Translations under genes and position numbers: made by a program
DNA from: the human T2T-CHM13v2.0 reference genome, Homo sapiens
Direction: 5' to 3' (one strand)
Assembly: GCF_009914755.1 (NCBI RefSeq)
Contig: NC_060927.1
Length of the DNA: 64,000 nucleotides
Shown: piece after piece, positions 10,149-32,568 of the stretch
How positions within the stretch are numbered: position 1 is the stretch's first letter
Layout: every line of letters starts with the position of its first letter
Notes under the pieces: model-generated
The model's input: only the letters and a program-made list of their open reading frames with translations
What the model was told of the DNA's origin: nothing
Databases searched by the model: none

Positions 10149-12144
10149 TGTGGGGAAAAGAAAGATCAGATTGTTACCGTGTGTATGTAGAAAAGGAAGA
10201 CATAAGAAACTCCATGTTGATCTGTACAAAGAAAAATTGTTTCTGCTTTGAGATGCTGTTAATCTGTAACTTTAGCCCCAACTCTGTGCTCACAAAAACA
10301 TGTGCTATATTGAATCAAGGTTTAAGGGATTTAGGGCTGTGCAGGATGTGCCTTGTCAACATATGTTTGCAGACAGTATGCTTGGTAAAAGTCATCGTCA
10401 TTCTCCATTCTCTATTAACCAGGGACATGATGCACTGTGGAAAGCCGCAGGGACCTCTGCCCAAGAAAGCCTGGGTATTTGTCCAAGGTTTCCCCCCACT
10501 GAGACAGCCTGAGATATGGCCTCGTGGGAAGGGAAAGACCTTACTGTCCCCCAGCCCGACACCTGTAAAGGGTCTGTGCTGAGGAGGATTAGTAAAAGAG
10601 GAAGGCCTCTATTTCCCGCACATCCCTGGGAACGGAATGTCTCGGTGTAAAGCCGACTATTGGTTCTATTTACTGAGATAGGAGAAAACCGCCCTGTGGC
10701 TGGAAGCGAAATATGCTGGCAGCAATACTGCTCTGTTACTCTTTGCTACACTGAGATGTCTGGGTAAAGAGAAACAAAAATCTAGCCTACATGCACATCT
10801 CAGCACAGTACCTTCCCTTGAACTTATTTATGATGCAGATTCCTTTACTCACATGTTTTCCTGCTGACCTTCTCCCCACCATCACCCTGTTCACCCCGTT
10901 TTGCCTGAAGAGGGCCTGCCCCTCCACACCTGTGGGTATTTCTCGCAAGGTGGAGACGAGAAACTGAGAAAAGAAATGACACAGAGACAAAGTATAGAGG
11001 AAGAAAAGTGGGCCCAGGGGACTGGTGCTCAGCAATTGAGGACCTACACCAGCACTGGTCTCTGAGTTCCCTCAGTATTTATTGATCACTATCTCTACTA
11101 TCTTGGCAAGAGGGATGTGGCATTATATACCATTACTATAAGGTAATGGTGGGGAGGGGGTCAACAGGAAAAAATGTGAGCAAAGGACTCAGTGTCATAA
11201 GTAAGTTTAAGGAAAGGTGCTGTGCCTGGATGTGCACATAGGCCAGATTTATGTTTGACTTTACACAAACATCTCAGTGCAGTAAAGAGCAGTATTGCCG
11301 CCAGCATGTCTCACCTGCAGCCATAAGGCGGTTTTCTCCTATCTCAGTAAATAGAATGTATGGTTGGGTTTTACACCCAAGACATTCCATTCCCAGGGAC
11401 AAGCAGGAGACAGATGCTTTCCTCTTATCTCAACTGCAAAGAGGCCTTCCTCTTTTACTAATACTCCTCAGCACCGACCCTTTACGGGTGTCTGCAAAGA
11501 GGCCTTCCTCTTTTACTAATACTCCTCAGCACAGACCCTTTACGGGTGTCGGGCTGGGGGACTGTAAGGTCTTTCCCTTCCCACTAGGCCATATCTCAGA
11601 CAATCTCAGTGGGGGGAAACCTGGACAATACCCAGGCTTTCTTGGGCAGAGGTCCCTGCGGCCTTTCGCAGTGCACTGTGTACCTGGTTAATCGAGAATG
11701 GAGAATGGCGATGACTTTTACCAAGCATACTGCCTGCAAACAAATGGTTAACAAGCCACATCCTGCACAGCCCTAAATCCCTCAAACCTTGATTCAATAC
11801 AGCACATGTTTCTGTGAGCACAGGGTTGGGGCTAAGGCTACAGATTAACAGCATCTCAAGGCAGAAAAATTTTTCTTAGTACAGATCAAAATGGAGTTTC
11901 TTCTGTCTTCCTTTTCTACACAGACACAGTAACAGTCTGATCTCTCTTCCTTTCCCCCACACTGCCGCACTCCCCTTGCCGAGATAGTGAAAATAGTAAT
12001 CAATAAATACTGAGGGAACTCGGAGACCGATGCCGGTCACCTGGGCCCACTCTACACTTTGTCTCTGCGTCTTATTTCTTTTCTCAGTCTCTCCTCCCAT
12101 CTGACGAGAAATACCCACAGGTGTGAAGGGGCAGGACCCCTTCA
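10149..12144 (+). mobile_element. HERV-K(HML-2) solo LTR (LTR5A/B-like), outer copy, split at 10905/11962 by a second LTR
   Basis: Starts TGTGGGGAAAAGAAAGATCAGATTGTTAC; resumes at 11962 with AATAAA at 12002-12007; ends ...GGACCCCTTCA; flanks AAGAT/AAGGT look like a 5-bp TSD with one mismatch. Confidence 0.92.
10906..11961 (-). mobile_element. HERV-K(HML-2) solo LTR (LTR5A/B-like), inner copy, inverted
   Basis: Reverse complement begins TGTGGGGGAAAGGAAGAGAGATCAGAC and ends ...GGCCCTCTTCA; flanks TTGCC/CTGCC; AATAAA on the - strand at 11083-11078. Confidence 0.92.
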
Positions 12145-12260
12145 AAGGTCAAGGCCATGGAGGTTCCCCCAGTGAAAATTCGGGGCGGGGAGGTGAGGAG
12201 AGCTCTGGACGAACGGAAGAACGGGGAAGGCCCAGCGCAGGGCCTGAGTGGTTCGCTCAC

Positions 12261-12354
12261 CGACACAGATGTCCCCCAGCTGTTCCGGCCTCAGATTCAC
12301 GTCCTTGAGAACCGCGGTCATGACTGCCGAGAGAAGCTCGTCGGGGGTGGTGTC
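12261..12354 (-). CDS. ACAA1: ACAA1 exon 2 (94 nt; DTTPDELLSAVMTAVLKDVNLRPEQLGDICV)
   Basis: ORF 12142..12630 contains it; CTGCAG acceptor, GTGAG donor. Confidence 0.97.
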
Positions 12355-12533
12355 CTGCAGCAGAAAGAGCAGCCGCAGTGACCCCCACTCCCCCATGCCC
12401 ACCCCAGGGAGACAAAGCGACCACAGCTGGGTGCGGAGCTGCCTCCGGCGTCCAGGATAACCAAACATACGAACCGGACCCCAGCCCGCGCCGGCGTCTT
12501 CCCACACTCGGCGCCCAGACCCTCGGGCCTCAC

Positions 12534-12704
12534 CTTGAAGCCGCCGCGGCCCGCCCGGCAGATGGCCGTGCGCCGCCCGTGCACCACCACCACGTCCGCG
12601 GCCGAGGCCTGCGGGGCACCGCTCAGGCAAGGCGCGGCCTGCGGCATCCAGCCGGAATCGGCCGGACCCCTCAGGTGGCCCAGCACTACCTGCAGCCTCT
12701 GCAT
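12534..12704 (-). CDS. ACAA1: ACAA1 coding exon 1 (171 nt; MQRLQVVLGHL...GGFK) with PTS2 peroxisomal targeting signal RLQVVLGHL
   Basis: ATG at 12704-12702; PTS2 consensus R-L-X5-H-L; GTGAG donor at 12533. Confidence 0.98.
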
Positions 12705-14249
12705 TGCGCAGGTCAACCCTGCAGACCAGCCACCAGTCCGGGAACTGACCGCGGAGTTAACAGACAGCCGTCCGCACACGCGCAGAACCACATCTCAGCC
12801 TCCAAGGCCTCAACTCCGCCCACAGCTCTGCGAACAGACGCGAGCGACCCTCCAAAAGTCCCGTCCACCTCCAGCCTCAGCCAACCACAAGGAGAGTCGG
12901 CCTGGGAACCCGCCCCTCCCCGCCACCGCCTACCAAGCCCTCTATAGGAGGGCCCACAGGCACCGCCCAGCCGAGCTTTCCACTCAATGCCCCGCCTACC
13001 TTGGCCTACCGCAGCCAACCAGAAGGTGTATCTTTACGAATCCCCGCCCAGAAATGCAGACCGGAAGTCTTTCCACCTTTTGTAGCCAAACCCGAGACCT
13101 GACCCCCAAATCCCTGTCTCCTGCCCGCAGCCAAACGGAAGGCTGGGCAGCCAGGACCGCTTACTGCTTGGGGGCTGGAGATGGAAGCCGAGGCTCTAAT
13201 TCCTCTACCCACTTCCTAGGAGGCTCTGCTATCCCTCCGGTCCCAGTACCCGAGCTGGGGGACCTAAATACTTCCGAGACGCCCGAGTCCTGCTCCGACG
13301 TGGTTGGGCTTTCCCATTCTTTCGAGAAGACAGGGAATTTGGGCTTCCGGGCTGGCCGGGAGAACAGATTTTACAGACATGCGGGGTGTGACAAGCTCTC
13401 TAACTGGAGAATGAACATTTCACACTTTTACCAGTTTTACACCCAATTGGAATGATTTTATTAGTGCCCATTTCCCGTGCTAGGCTGGGGTCTCCACCAA
13501 GGCAGAGAGGTACCATGTATCCGGGGAGCCTGCGACACCCTTGACACTTAGTAGATGATCAATAAGTACTTGTCGAATGAGTAAATGAATGAACCAGGGC
13601 TCCCCAGGTCAGGACTGTGTCCCTAAACCTAAAGGGCAAGGCCACGTGCCCCCTTGACTCCCAATAGCAGGGCCATGTCTTCACCTGAGACCCTGGAGAG
13701 TAGTGCTGGGCTTTCCACAGACACCAAAGGACAGGGTGCCTTGTGCTCCCCAACCTAGTGTCATGACGTCCCCAACCATTTCGAGGGCAGGGCCACGGCA
13801 TGCCTCAGGCTCCAGAAGGCAGCTGTCCGTTTCCCACTCCCACCTCGGGGAGCACAGCAGGGGTCTTCCCATACCCCTACTGGCAGGATTGCGTGTTCCC
13901 CAGAGACAGTGGAGGGCAGAGCTGGTGCCTTCCCACTTGTCCCCTCCTCGCCATCCTCGAGGGCAGGACCGTATGAACCCCTCAGATTCCTCCGTGGAAG
14001 AACTGTGGCTCCACCAGATCCCAAAAAGCAAGGCCCGTTTCCTACAACCCCCGAAGGAGGGTCGTCCTCACTCCGCCGCCAACCTACTAGCACCATCACC
14101 AGACCCTCGAGGGCGGTGCCGTGGACCTCTCCAGATCTCAAAAGGCAGATTCCTACTTCTTACGCCCCCCACATCACCCGCCTCGAGACCTCAAGGGTAG
14201 AGGTGGGCACCCCCGCCTCCGCACTTTTGCTCGGGGCTCCAGATTGTAG

Positions 14250-14852
<603 letters not shown>

Positions 14853-15024
14853 TAATAACCGGTCGCGGTTATTAAGAAGGACTGGAGAAAGGTCCGGATA
14901 GGCGGAGATGGGAAGGAAGCAGCTTAGGCAGAGGCTTTCAGGTAGGGCCAGGAGTCAGAATCAGGCTTCTGTGGGGGCATCTGGGCTGTTTCAAGTAGAG
15001 CAACAGGACAGGTGGGGCGATTGA

Positions 15025-15860
<836 letters not shown>

Positions 15861-15980
15861 GTCTGTCTCGTGGTTAATCCAGAGCTTAGCCCCTGAGGTA
15901 CTCATCTTTCCTCTCCTGGAAAGGGCACTTTCTCTGAGGAGTATCATCTTGGGAAGGGTGCAGGGCCCAGGGTTGCCTAG

Positions 15981-16274
<294 letters not shown>

Positions 16275-16387
16275 TGAAGCCCTGCCCTGGGGTCCAGATA
16301 CTGGGCATCTCCTCCTAGCTGTGCACTGTCCAGCCTGGGCACAGTGGGCCCTTCCTGAAGCTATTCCCAGGGGATATGCTGAACTAA

Positions 16388-16546
<159 letters not shown>

Positions 16547-16772
16547 TGAGGGAATGTGTAGGTGGGGCCTCTGGATTGTCAGCCTTCCCTCCCCAAGGAC
16601 TGTGGATGCAGTACCAAAGAACTGCTGAAGATCTCTGCACACCTGAGCATGTGTGCATGTGTGTGCCTTTTTGTGTGAGTGAATGTGTGCCAGGGGTACT
16701 TAGATGGGGGATGGCTGTTGTTAACCCTGGGGTTGAAGACTGGGCTTGTCCCACCATGGGGCAAGGGCCTGA

Positions 16773-16955
<183 letters not shown>

Positions 16956-18695
16956 AGACTGTTCTGAGGCCCTGGGTGTGTGTGTATCTGTCTGCCTGTC
17001 CATGTACTTCTGCCCTGCCTCCTCCTTTCGTTGTAGGAGGAATCTGTGCTCTACTTACCTCTCAATTCCTGGAGATGCCAACTTCACAGACACGTCTGCA
17101 GCAGCTGGACATCACATTTCATGTCCTGCATGGAACCAGTGGCTGTGAGTGGCATGTCCACTTGCTGGATTATCAGCCAGGACACTATAGAACAGGACCA
17201 GCTGAGACTAAGAAGGACCAGCAGAGCCAGCTCAGCTCTGAGCCATTCACACATCTTCACCCTCAGTTTCCTCACTTGAGGAGTGGGATGGGGAGAACAG
17301 AGAGTAGCTGTGTTTGAATCCCTGTAGGAAATGGTGAAGCATAGCTCTGGGTCTCCTGGGGGAGACCAGGCTTGGCTGCGGGAGAGCTGGCTGTTGCTGG
17401 ACTACATGCTGGCCACTGCTGTGACCACGACACTGCTGGGGCAGCTTCTTCCACAGTGATGCCTACTGATGCTTCAGTGCCTCTGCACACCGCCCATTCC
17501 ACTTCCTCCTTCCCCACAGGGCAGGTGGGGAAGCAGTTTGGCCCAGCCCAAGGAGACCCCACCTTGAGCCTTATTTCCTAATGGGTCCACCTCTCATCTG
17601 CATCTTTCACACCTCCCAGCTTCTGCCCAACCTTCAGCAGTGACAAGTCCCCAAGAGACTCGCCTGAGCAGCTTGGGCTGCTTTTCATTTCCACCTGTCA
17701 GGATGCCTGTGGTCATGCTCTCAGCTCCACCTGGCATGAGAAGGGATCCTGGCCTCTGGCATATTCATCAAGTATGAGTTCTGGGGATGAGTCACTGTAA
17801 TGATGTGAGCAGGGAGCCTTCCTCCCTGGGCCACCTGCAGAGAGCTTTCCCACCAACTTTGTACCTTGATTGCCTTACAAAGTTATTTGTTTACAAACAG
17901 CGACCATATAAAAGCCTCCTGCCCCAAAGCTTGTGGGCACATGGGCACATACAGACTCACATACAGACACACACATATATGTACAGACATGTACTCTCAC
18001 ACACACAGGCACCAGCATACACACGTTTTTCTAGGTACAGCTCCCAGGAACAGCTAGGTGGGAAAGTCCCATCACTGAGGGAGCCTAACCATGTCCCTGA
18101 ACAAAAATTGGGCACTCATCTATTCCTTTTCTCTTGTGTCCCTACTCATTGAAACCAAACTCTGGAAAGGACCCAATGTACCAGTATTTATACCTCTAGT
18201 GAAGCACAGAGAGAGGAAGAGAGCTGCTTAAACTCACACAACAATGAACTGCAGACACAGCTGTTCTCTCCCTCTCTCCTTCCCAGAGCAATTTATACTT
18301 TACCCTCAGGCTGTCCTCTGGGGAGAAGGTGCCATGGTCTTAGGTGTCTGTGCCCCAGGACAGACCCTAGGACCCTAAATCCAATAGAAAATGCATATCT
18401 TTGCTCCACTTTCAGCCAGGCTGGAGCAAGGTACCTTTTCTTAGGATCTTGGGAGGGAATGGATGCCCCTCTCTGCATGATCTTGTTGAGGCATTTAGCT
18501 GCCATGCACCTGTCCCCCTTTAATACTGGGCATTTTAAAGCCATCTCAAGAGGCATCTTCTACATGTTTTGTACGCATTAAAATAATTTCAAAGATATCT
18601 GAGAAAAGCCGATATTTGCCATTCTTCCTATATCCTGGAATATATCTTGCATCCTGAGTTTATAATAATAAATAATATTCTACCTTGGAAACTTG
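16956..18695 (+). other. MYD88: MYD88 3' UTR (~1.7 kb)
   Basis: Runs from the stop codon to the AATAAA/GU-rich end; CA-rich tract at ~17940-18025. Confidence 0.85.
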
Positions 18696-18715
18696 TGTGT
18701 GTGTTGAGTGGAAGA
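18667..18715 (+). terminator. MYD88 polyadenylation signal with downstream GU-rich element
   Basis: AATAAA 18667-18672 followed by TTGTGTGTGTGTTG at ~18693; variant ATTAAA at 18577-18582. Confidence 0.85.
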
Positions 18716-19929
18716 GGTTTGGAAGCAGTAATGTGGGTAAGAGAAGCTGGTCCACTGGGTGGGTTCCAGCCTGGATTTGGCACGGGCTTCCTGAAAGCTG
18801 GGCCCCCTCCTCACAGGTTCAGTCCTAAGCAGGGCTGCAGGCAGAACCAGGAATACTGACCTCAGCTACAGACACTCAGGAGACTGCCCTTCTCTGGCCA
18901 TGTCCAATCTTTTCTTGGTTGTGCCATGCTCCTGGGTCCTGGTCCAGTCTTGGAGTAGGGGCTGATCTATGCTCCAAAGAGAGTCTGGAGGACCCCCCAA
19001 CTCCAGCCCCTGAGCACTGCATTGTTACTCCTAATAATCTTCTTTGGGCACATCTATGTTAATCCTAAAGGTACTGATCTATTTTTAAAGAAAATATTGC
19101 TTTTTCACTGTTGAAGAAAATTTGGAAAAGATAAAGAAAAAAACTCACACATCATAATTCCAGAGAGAACTCTAGTGACATTTTAGAGTGCTCAGACATT
19201 GTCAGTGACAGTAGCTTTTTTCTCAATGGTCTATCTGCTGCCACGTCCTGGCTCCTGAGCCACCTGGATGCTGTAGCCTCCCCAGCCTTGCCCCTGTGCC
19301 CTCAGGGACTCCTGGGAAGGCCCTGTGTACTCAGAGAACCCCTGAGGCCGAGTCTTTCTCTCCAGCATCCCCTGGGGAGCAGAGCCACAGTGTGGCCCTG
19401 GCGGTGCCCCCAGGATCTGCCATGTGCTGCCCATGGCTGGGAAGACAGTCCTGGGCTGGTCCCCTCTTGGGAAAAGCCTCTCTTCTCTTAGGCCAGGCTG
19501 TTGACCCAAATGTGCTCTCCCCACCCCTATCTGACCCTCACACTCCTCACACCTGCCTGTCTCCAGTGCCTTCCTTCCCATTAGCTGTGTTCCCAAATGT
19601 AGATAAAGCTTCCTCTTCTCATTTTCAGTTTTAGTCCTCTACGAGCATTTAAAAGAGAAACTTTCCTTTTTCAATAAGGAAAATTTACGCTGAAATTATC
19701 AAAGGCAAAGCAGGAAACTTTGGAGGGCAGCAGCATAGTTGAAATTCAAAACTACGATTCTGTGTGACGATGGAGATGGATTCCGCCACAAGTCAATGAC
19801 CAGGGAGAGAATTGGGGAGAGGGATTTCCTTTAGATTAGATAAGACTTGGGTCATAACGATCAAATATACTGATATAGTATAACTTTGTTGGATTCTGGC
19901 TCAAACAGAGCAATTGTAAAAAGACAATA

Positions 19930-21294
<1,365 letters not shown>

Positions 21295-21339
21295 TCAATT
21301 TAGGGGAACATTGTCCCCACTGGCTGCTATTTGCCAGAT

Positions 21340-24330
<2,991 letters not shown>

Positions 24331-24436
24331 ATTCAAGCAATTTTTAATTTAATATAATTAATATAGTTTAATATTGTATTAATATTAAATTTTATTTAAT
24401 TTATTAATTAATAAGTTAACATATAAGTAAAATTTG

Positions 24437-24775
<339 letters not shown>

Positions 24776-25914
24776 TAATAATAATATTTTATATAAATAA
24801 CATAAAATTAATGTTATTTAAATATTTTAATTAAATATATAAATAAAGTAGAAACAAAAGCCCCTGGGTGCTTATGCAATGACCAAAGCTTAATTTTCCA
24901 TCTTGTTTTTTAAAGGAAGAATATTTTTCATTATAAAAGTGATCACTGATAACTATATTTATGCATATGTAAAAGAATATGTATTTTCAACCGCAATTTC
25001 ATTTTATGTTGAAAAAATTGACCAACTTGGCTTTTGAGGACCTACTTATTATATTGGTCCAGGTCAAAAGCAGAATATAAAGCTAAGCTAGGCATGGCTC
25101 TGTTCTCAAGAAACTTAAAACCCAGTGGAATAATTGAAGCACAAACACAGAAGATCTGAAGAACTCAAGAGTTAGGCAACAGAGTCCTCCATAACATATG
25201 TGCTGGCTGGTGCCAAAGACAGTATGTCCTACAAGTCCTGCAGACAGGCCTCTGTGGGACAAAGGTCTTGAAAAGATGACCTTTAGGGGCTTTGGAAGGT
25301 GGTAGAATTGGCAGGTAGACACCAAGAGGGGAAGGAGATTCAAGCAGTAAAGAAATAATTTAAGCAGAAGGGGAAAGTGAGAGGCATATTTAGGAGCAGG
25401 GAGTAGACTGGTGGGATAAGACCCTCCAGGTTCAGTAGGAATGACTGGGGGCCCTGGAACTCAGGCTGCAACAGGGAGCATGGATCGTGTCTGGTTAGGA
25501 AGGAATTGTTAAAACCAGAGTGTGGAGAAAATTAGTTTAGTGGTCGTACGCAAGACAGATTAGGGAAGTTGATAAGCACAGTAGTAGTTTCTGCTTCAGG
25601 CAGCTGCTCAAACAAAAATGAGAAATGAAGTGACTGCTGGATAGGAAGGAGAATCTGGAGTCTCCAGAATTTCCTCCTTCCTCAGATCAAATGGCCCATT
25701 CCAGTGTTCCTTGTCCTAAACACTCATGCATTAATTCAACTTGCAATGACCTATCCCTGAGGTCATGAGGGTGGGCCAAGGCCAAGGACATATGAGATAG
25801 GTCTCATGTGGCTCTTGTTAAAGGAGATTACTCTGGTTGCTTATCCATAAGTGAAAATGAATGTGTTTTAAAAACAACAACTTCAGCTGCTTCAGGTGTT
25901 ACCTCTTTCTAAAG

Positions 25915-26450
25915 CAGGGCTATCCAACAGAAAGATATTCTGAGCCACATACATAATTGAAAAATTTCTAGCAGCCACATTAAAAAAAGTTGTAAGAAAC
26001 AGTCAAAATTAATTTTAATAACATATTTTATTTAACCTAAGGATCTAAAATATATAGAATATATGTAAAATATCATTTACATAAAAATGTCATCTCTAAA
26101 ATATTATTTCAACATGTAATCAATATAAAAACTATTGATGAGATTTTACATTGTTTTCACATTGAATCTTAAAAAGGTACTTTGTGTGTATTTTACAGTT
26201 ACAGCACATCTCAATTTGGACTAGCCACATTTCAAGTGCTCAATCACTACATATGGCTAGTGGCTACTATATATTGGATTGTGCTTCTAAAGAACGCTGC
26301 TACTCAAAGTGTGGTCCCTGGACCAGTAATATTGACACCATTTATTAGAAATAAAGACTCTCAGGCCCTACTCCAAACCTGACTCATACATTCTGTACTT
26401 TGATAGGAGCCCCAAGTAATTAATAGATATAGAAAGGTTGAGAAACGTTG
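25915..26450. mobile_element. MER33-like (~25915-26285) and MER5A-like (~26296-26450) hAT-Charlie DNA transposon fossils
   Basis: TCTAGCAGCCACATTAAAAAAAG...GGACTAGCCACATTTCAAGTGCTCAAT...GGCTAGTGGCTAC; GCTACTCAAAGTGTGGTCC. Confidence 0.75.
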
Positions 26451-26486
26451 CCCCATGCATTTGGGAAGAGAGACCTAGGATAATAC

Positions 26487-27965
26487 AGTGTTTTTGGCTA
26501 CCCACCATCAACATTCCATCTCCTCATTTAGATTCCACGCCACGATTTCCCTCCAGACACAGACCAAAACCAAAGAGCACCTCTCTTTTTTTTTGAGCAC
26601 TATGATTGGTTCAGGTATGTCATGTGACTTGAACAGATTCAGTGAGACACAATGACTCCTTTGGTAGCTCGACTGTGATTGAATGTAAAAGGTTTTAAAT
26701 TCTGGAGAGTGATGGGAGGAGAGCCATCATGCTCCAAAGTGGCTCCAGAATTTATATTTGTGTATGAAGGTTTATGTATGAAGCCTGTAGAGAAAACCAG
26801 ATACTGAAGACATCATGTGAGCCCCTGCTTCAAGACTTACTGCCAGAATTTTCAGATATGTGAGCCAGCAAATTCTCTGTTTGTTTAAAATAGTTTGAGT
26901 TGTGTGCTAGATATTATCTGTCTTCTCCTCCACATCTTCCCTTGTTCTCCACCAGCCTCTGTGCCCCAAGATAATGACCTTCAAGGATTACATCAACAGG
27001 CTCCCCTTGCCCACTGGTTTCCTGTTGGGCTTGGCCAGTAGGAGGCACCAGTGGGAGATCAGAGAGCAGAAAGAGAATGAAGTGAGGATATTTATTCCCT
27101 TGGCTCTCTTCTTGTGGGATTGCTGAGGACTGATTACACCTCTCTACAAAAGGCTGCAGCTACTTTCAGGCAGTCTTCTCTCTCTCCTACTTTCTCTGCT
27201 TCTAGTAGGCCTTAGTCCTCTTGCTCTGTCAGGCCTAGGAATGATAATGGCTCCTGGAGGTGGTTGGCCCTAGAGTACTGCACTATTCCATTTGGTTTCC
27301 CTATTCCCTGCCCATGACTTTGCATGGCTCTTTGCACCAGGCTTTGTGACCCAAGGTATTGACCGGCTCCCCTTGTCCACAGGTTTCCTCTTGGGCTTGG
27401 CCAATGGGAGGCATCAGTGGGAGATCAGAGAGTAGAGAGAGAATACTTCCTTTATTAAACTGTCCTCAAATTGTCCATTTTGAGTGTGCCATTTGTTTCC
27501 TGTTAGGACCTGACTGGCATAGTAATTGGTATCAGGAGTAGCCTGGAGCCAAGCCCAGCTGAGTCCAACTTAGATCAGCCAAATACAATCTGATCTGCAG
27601 ACACTTGAACAAGAAGTAAATGCTTAATGTTATCTACCACTGATATTTTGTGGTTGTTTGTCACACAGCATCTTTGTGGCAATAACTAACCAACGCCCTT
27701 TGTATGGTCATATGATTAAGTTATGAGCAATGGGATGTAAGAGGAAGTGATATGTTCAACTTTTAGTCTGTGACCTCAACAGAAAGGTGTGTGCCTGATA
27801 TTTTCAAAACCTACCCATCTCATGCTGCAGAAATGTGGGTGTGGTGGTGGGAGCTGGAAGCTGCATGTTGAGGATGGCAGAGATGAAATCGGTAGAGCCT
27901 GGGTCCCTGACACTACAGAGTTGAACTACCACTCAGGACTGCTTACACTCAGACTTTTATGTCAG
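26487..27965 (+). mobile_element. Cluster of ERVL/MaLR LTR fragments (MLT1-like, with an LTR33-like element at ~26900-27520)
   Basis: GGCTCCCCTTGCCCACTGGTTTCCTGTTGGGCTTGGCCA..GGAGGCAC (LTR33-like); MLT1-like 3' ends; family names from memory. Confidence 0.55.
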
Positions 27966-27979
27966 AGTGATTTCTTTCC

Positions 27980-32568
<4,589 letters not shown>

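Noticed and set aside
10148-11854. Mutually similar ORFs at 10148 (+) and 11606 (-) suggesting a duplicated gene
   Set aside because: Both are translations of the two LTR5 copies; no gag, pol or env sequence is present, so there is no provirus.
12535-13455. 306-aa + strand ORF antisense to ACAA1 exon 1
   Set aside because: GC-rich CpG-island shadow ORF with a non-ATG start and no recognisable domain.
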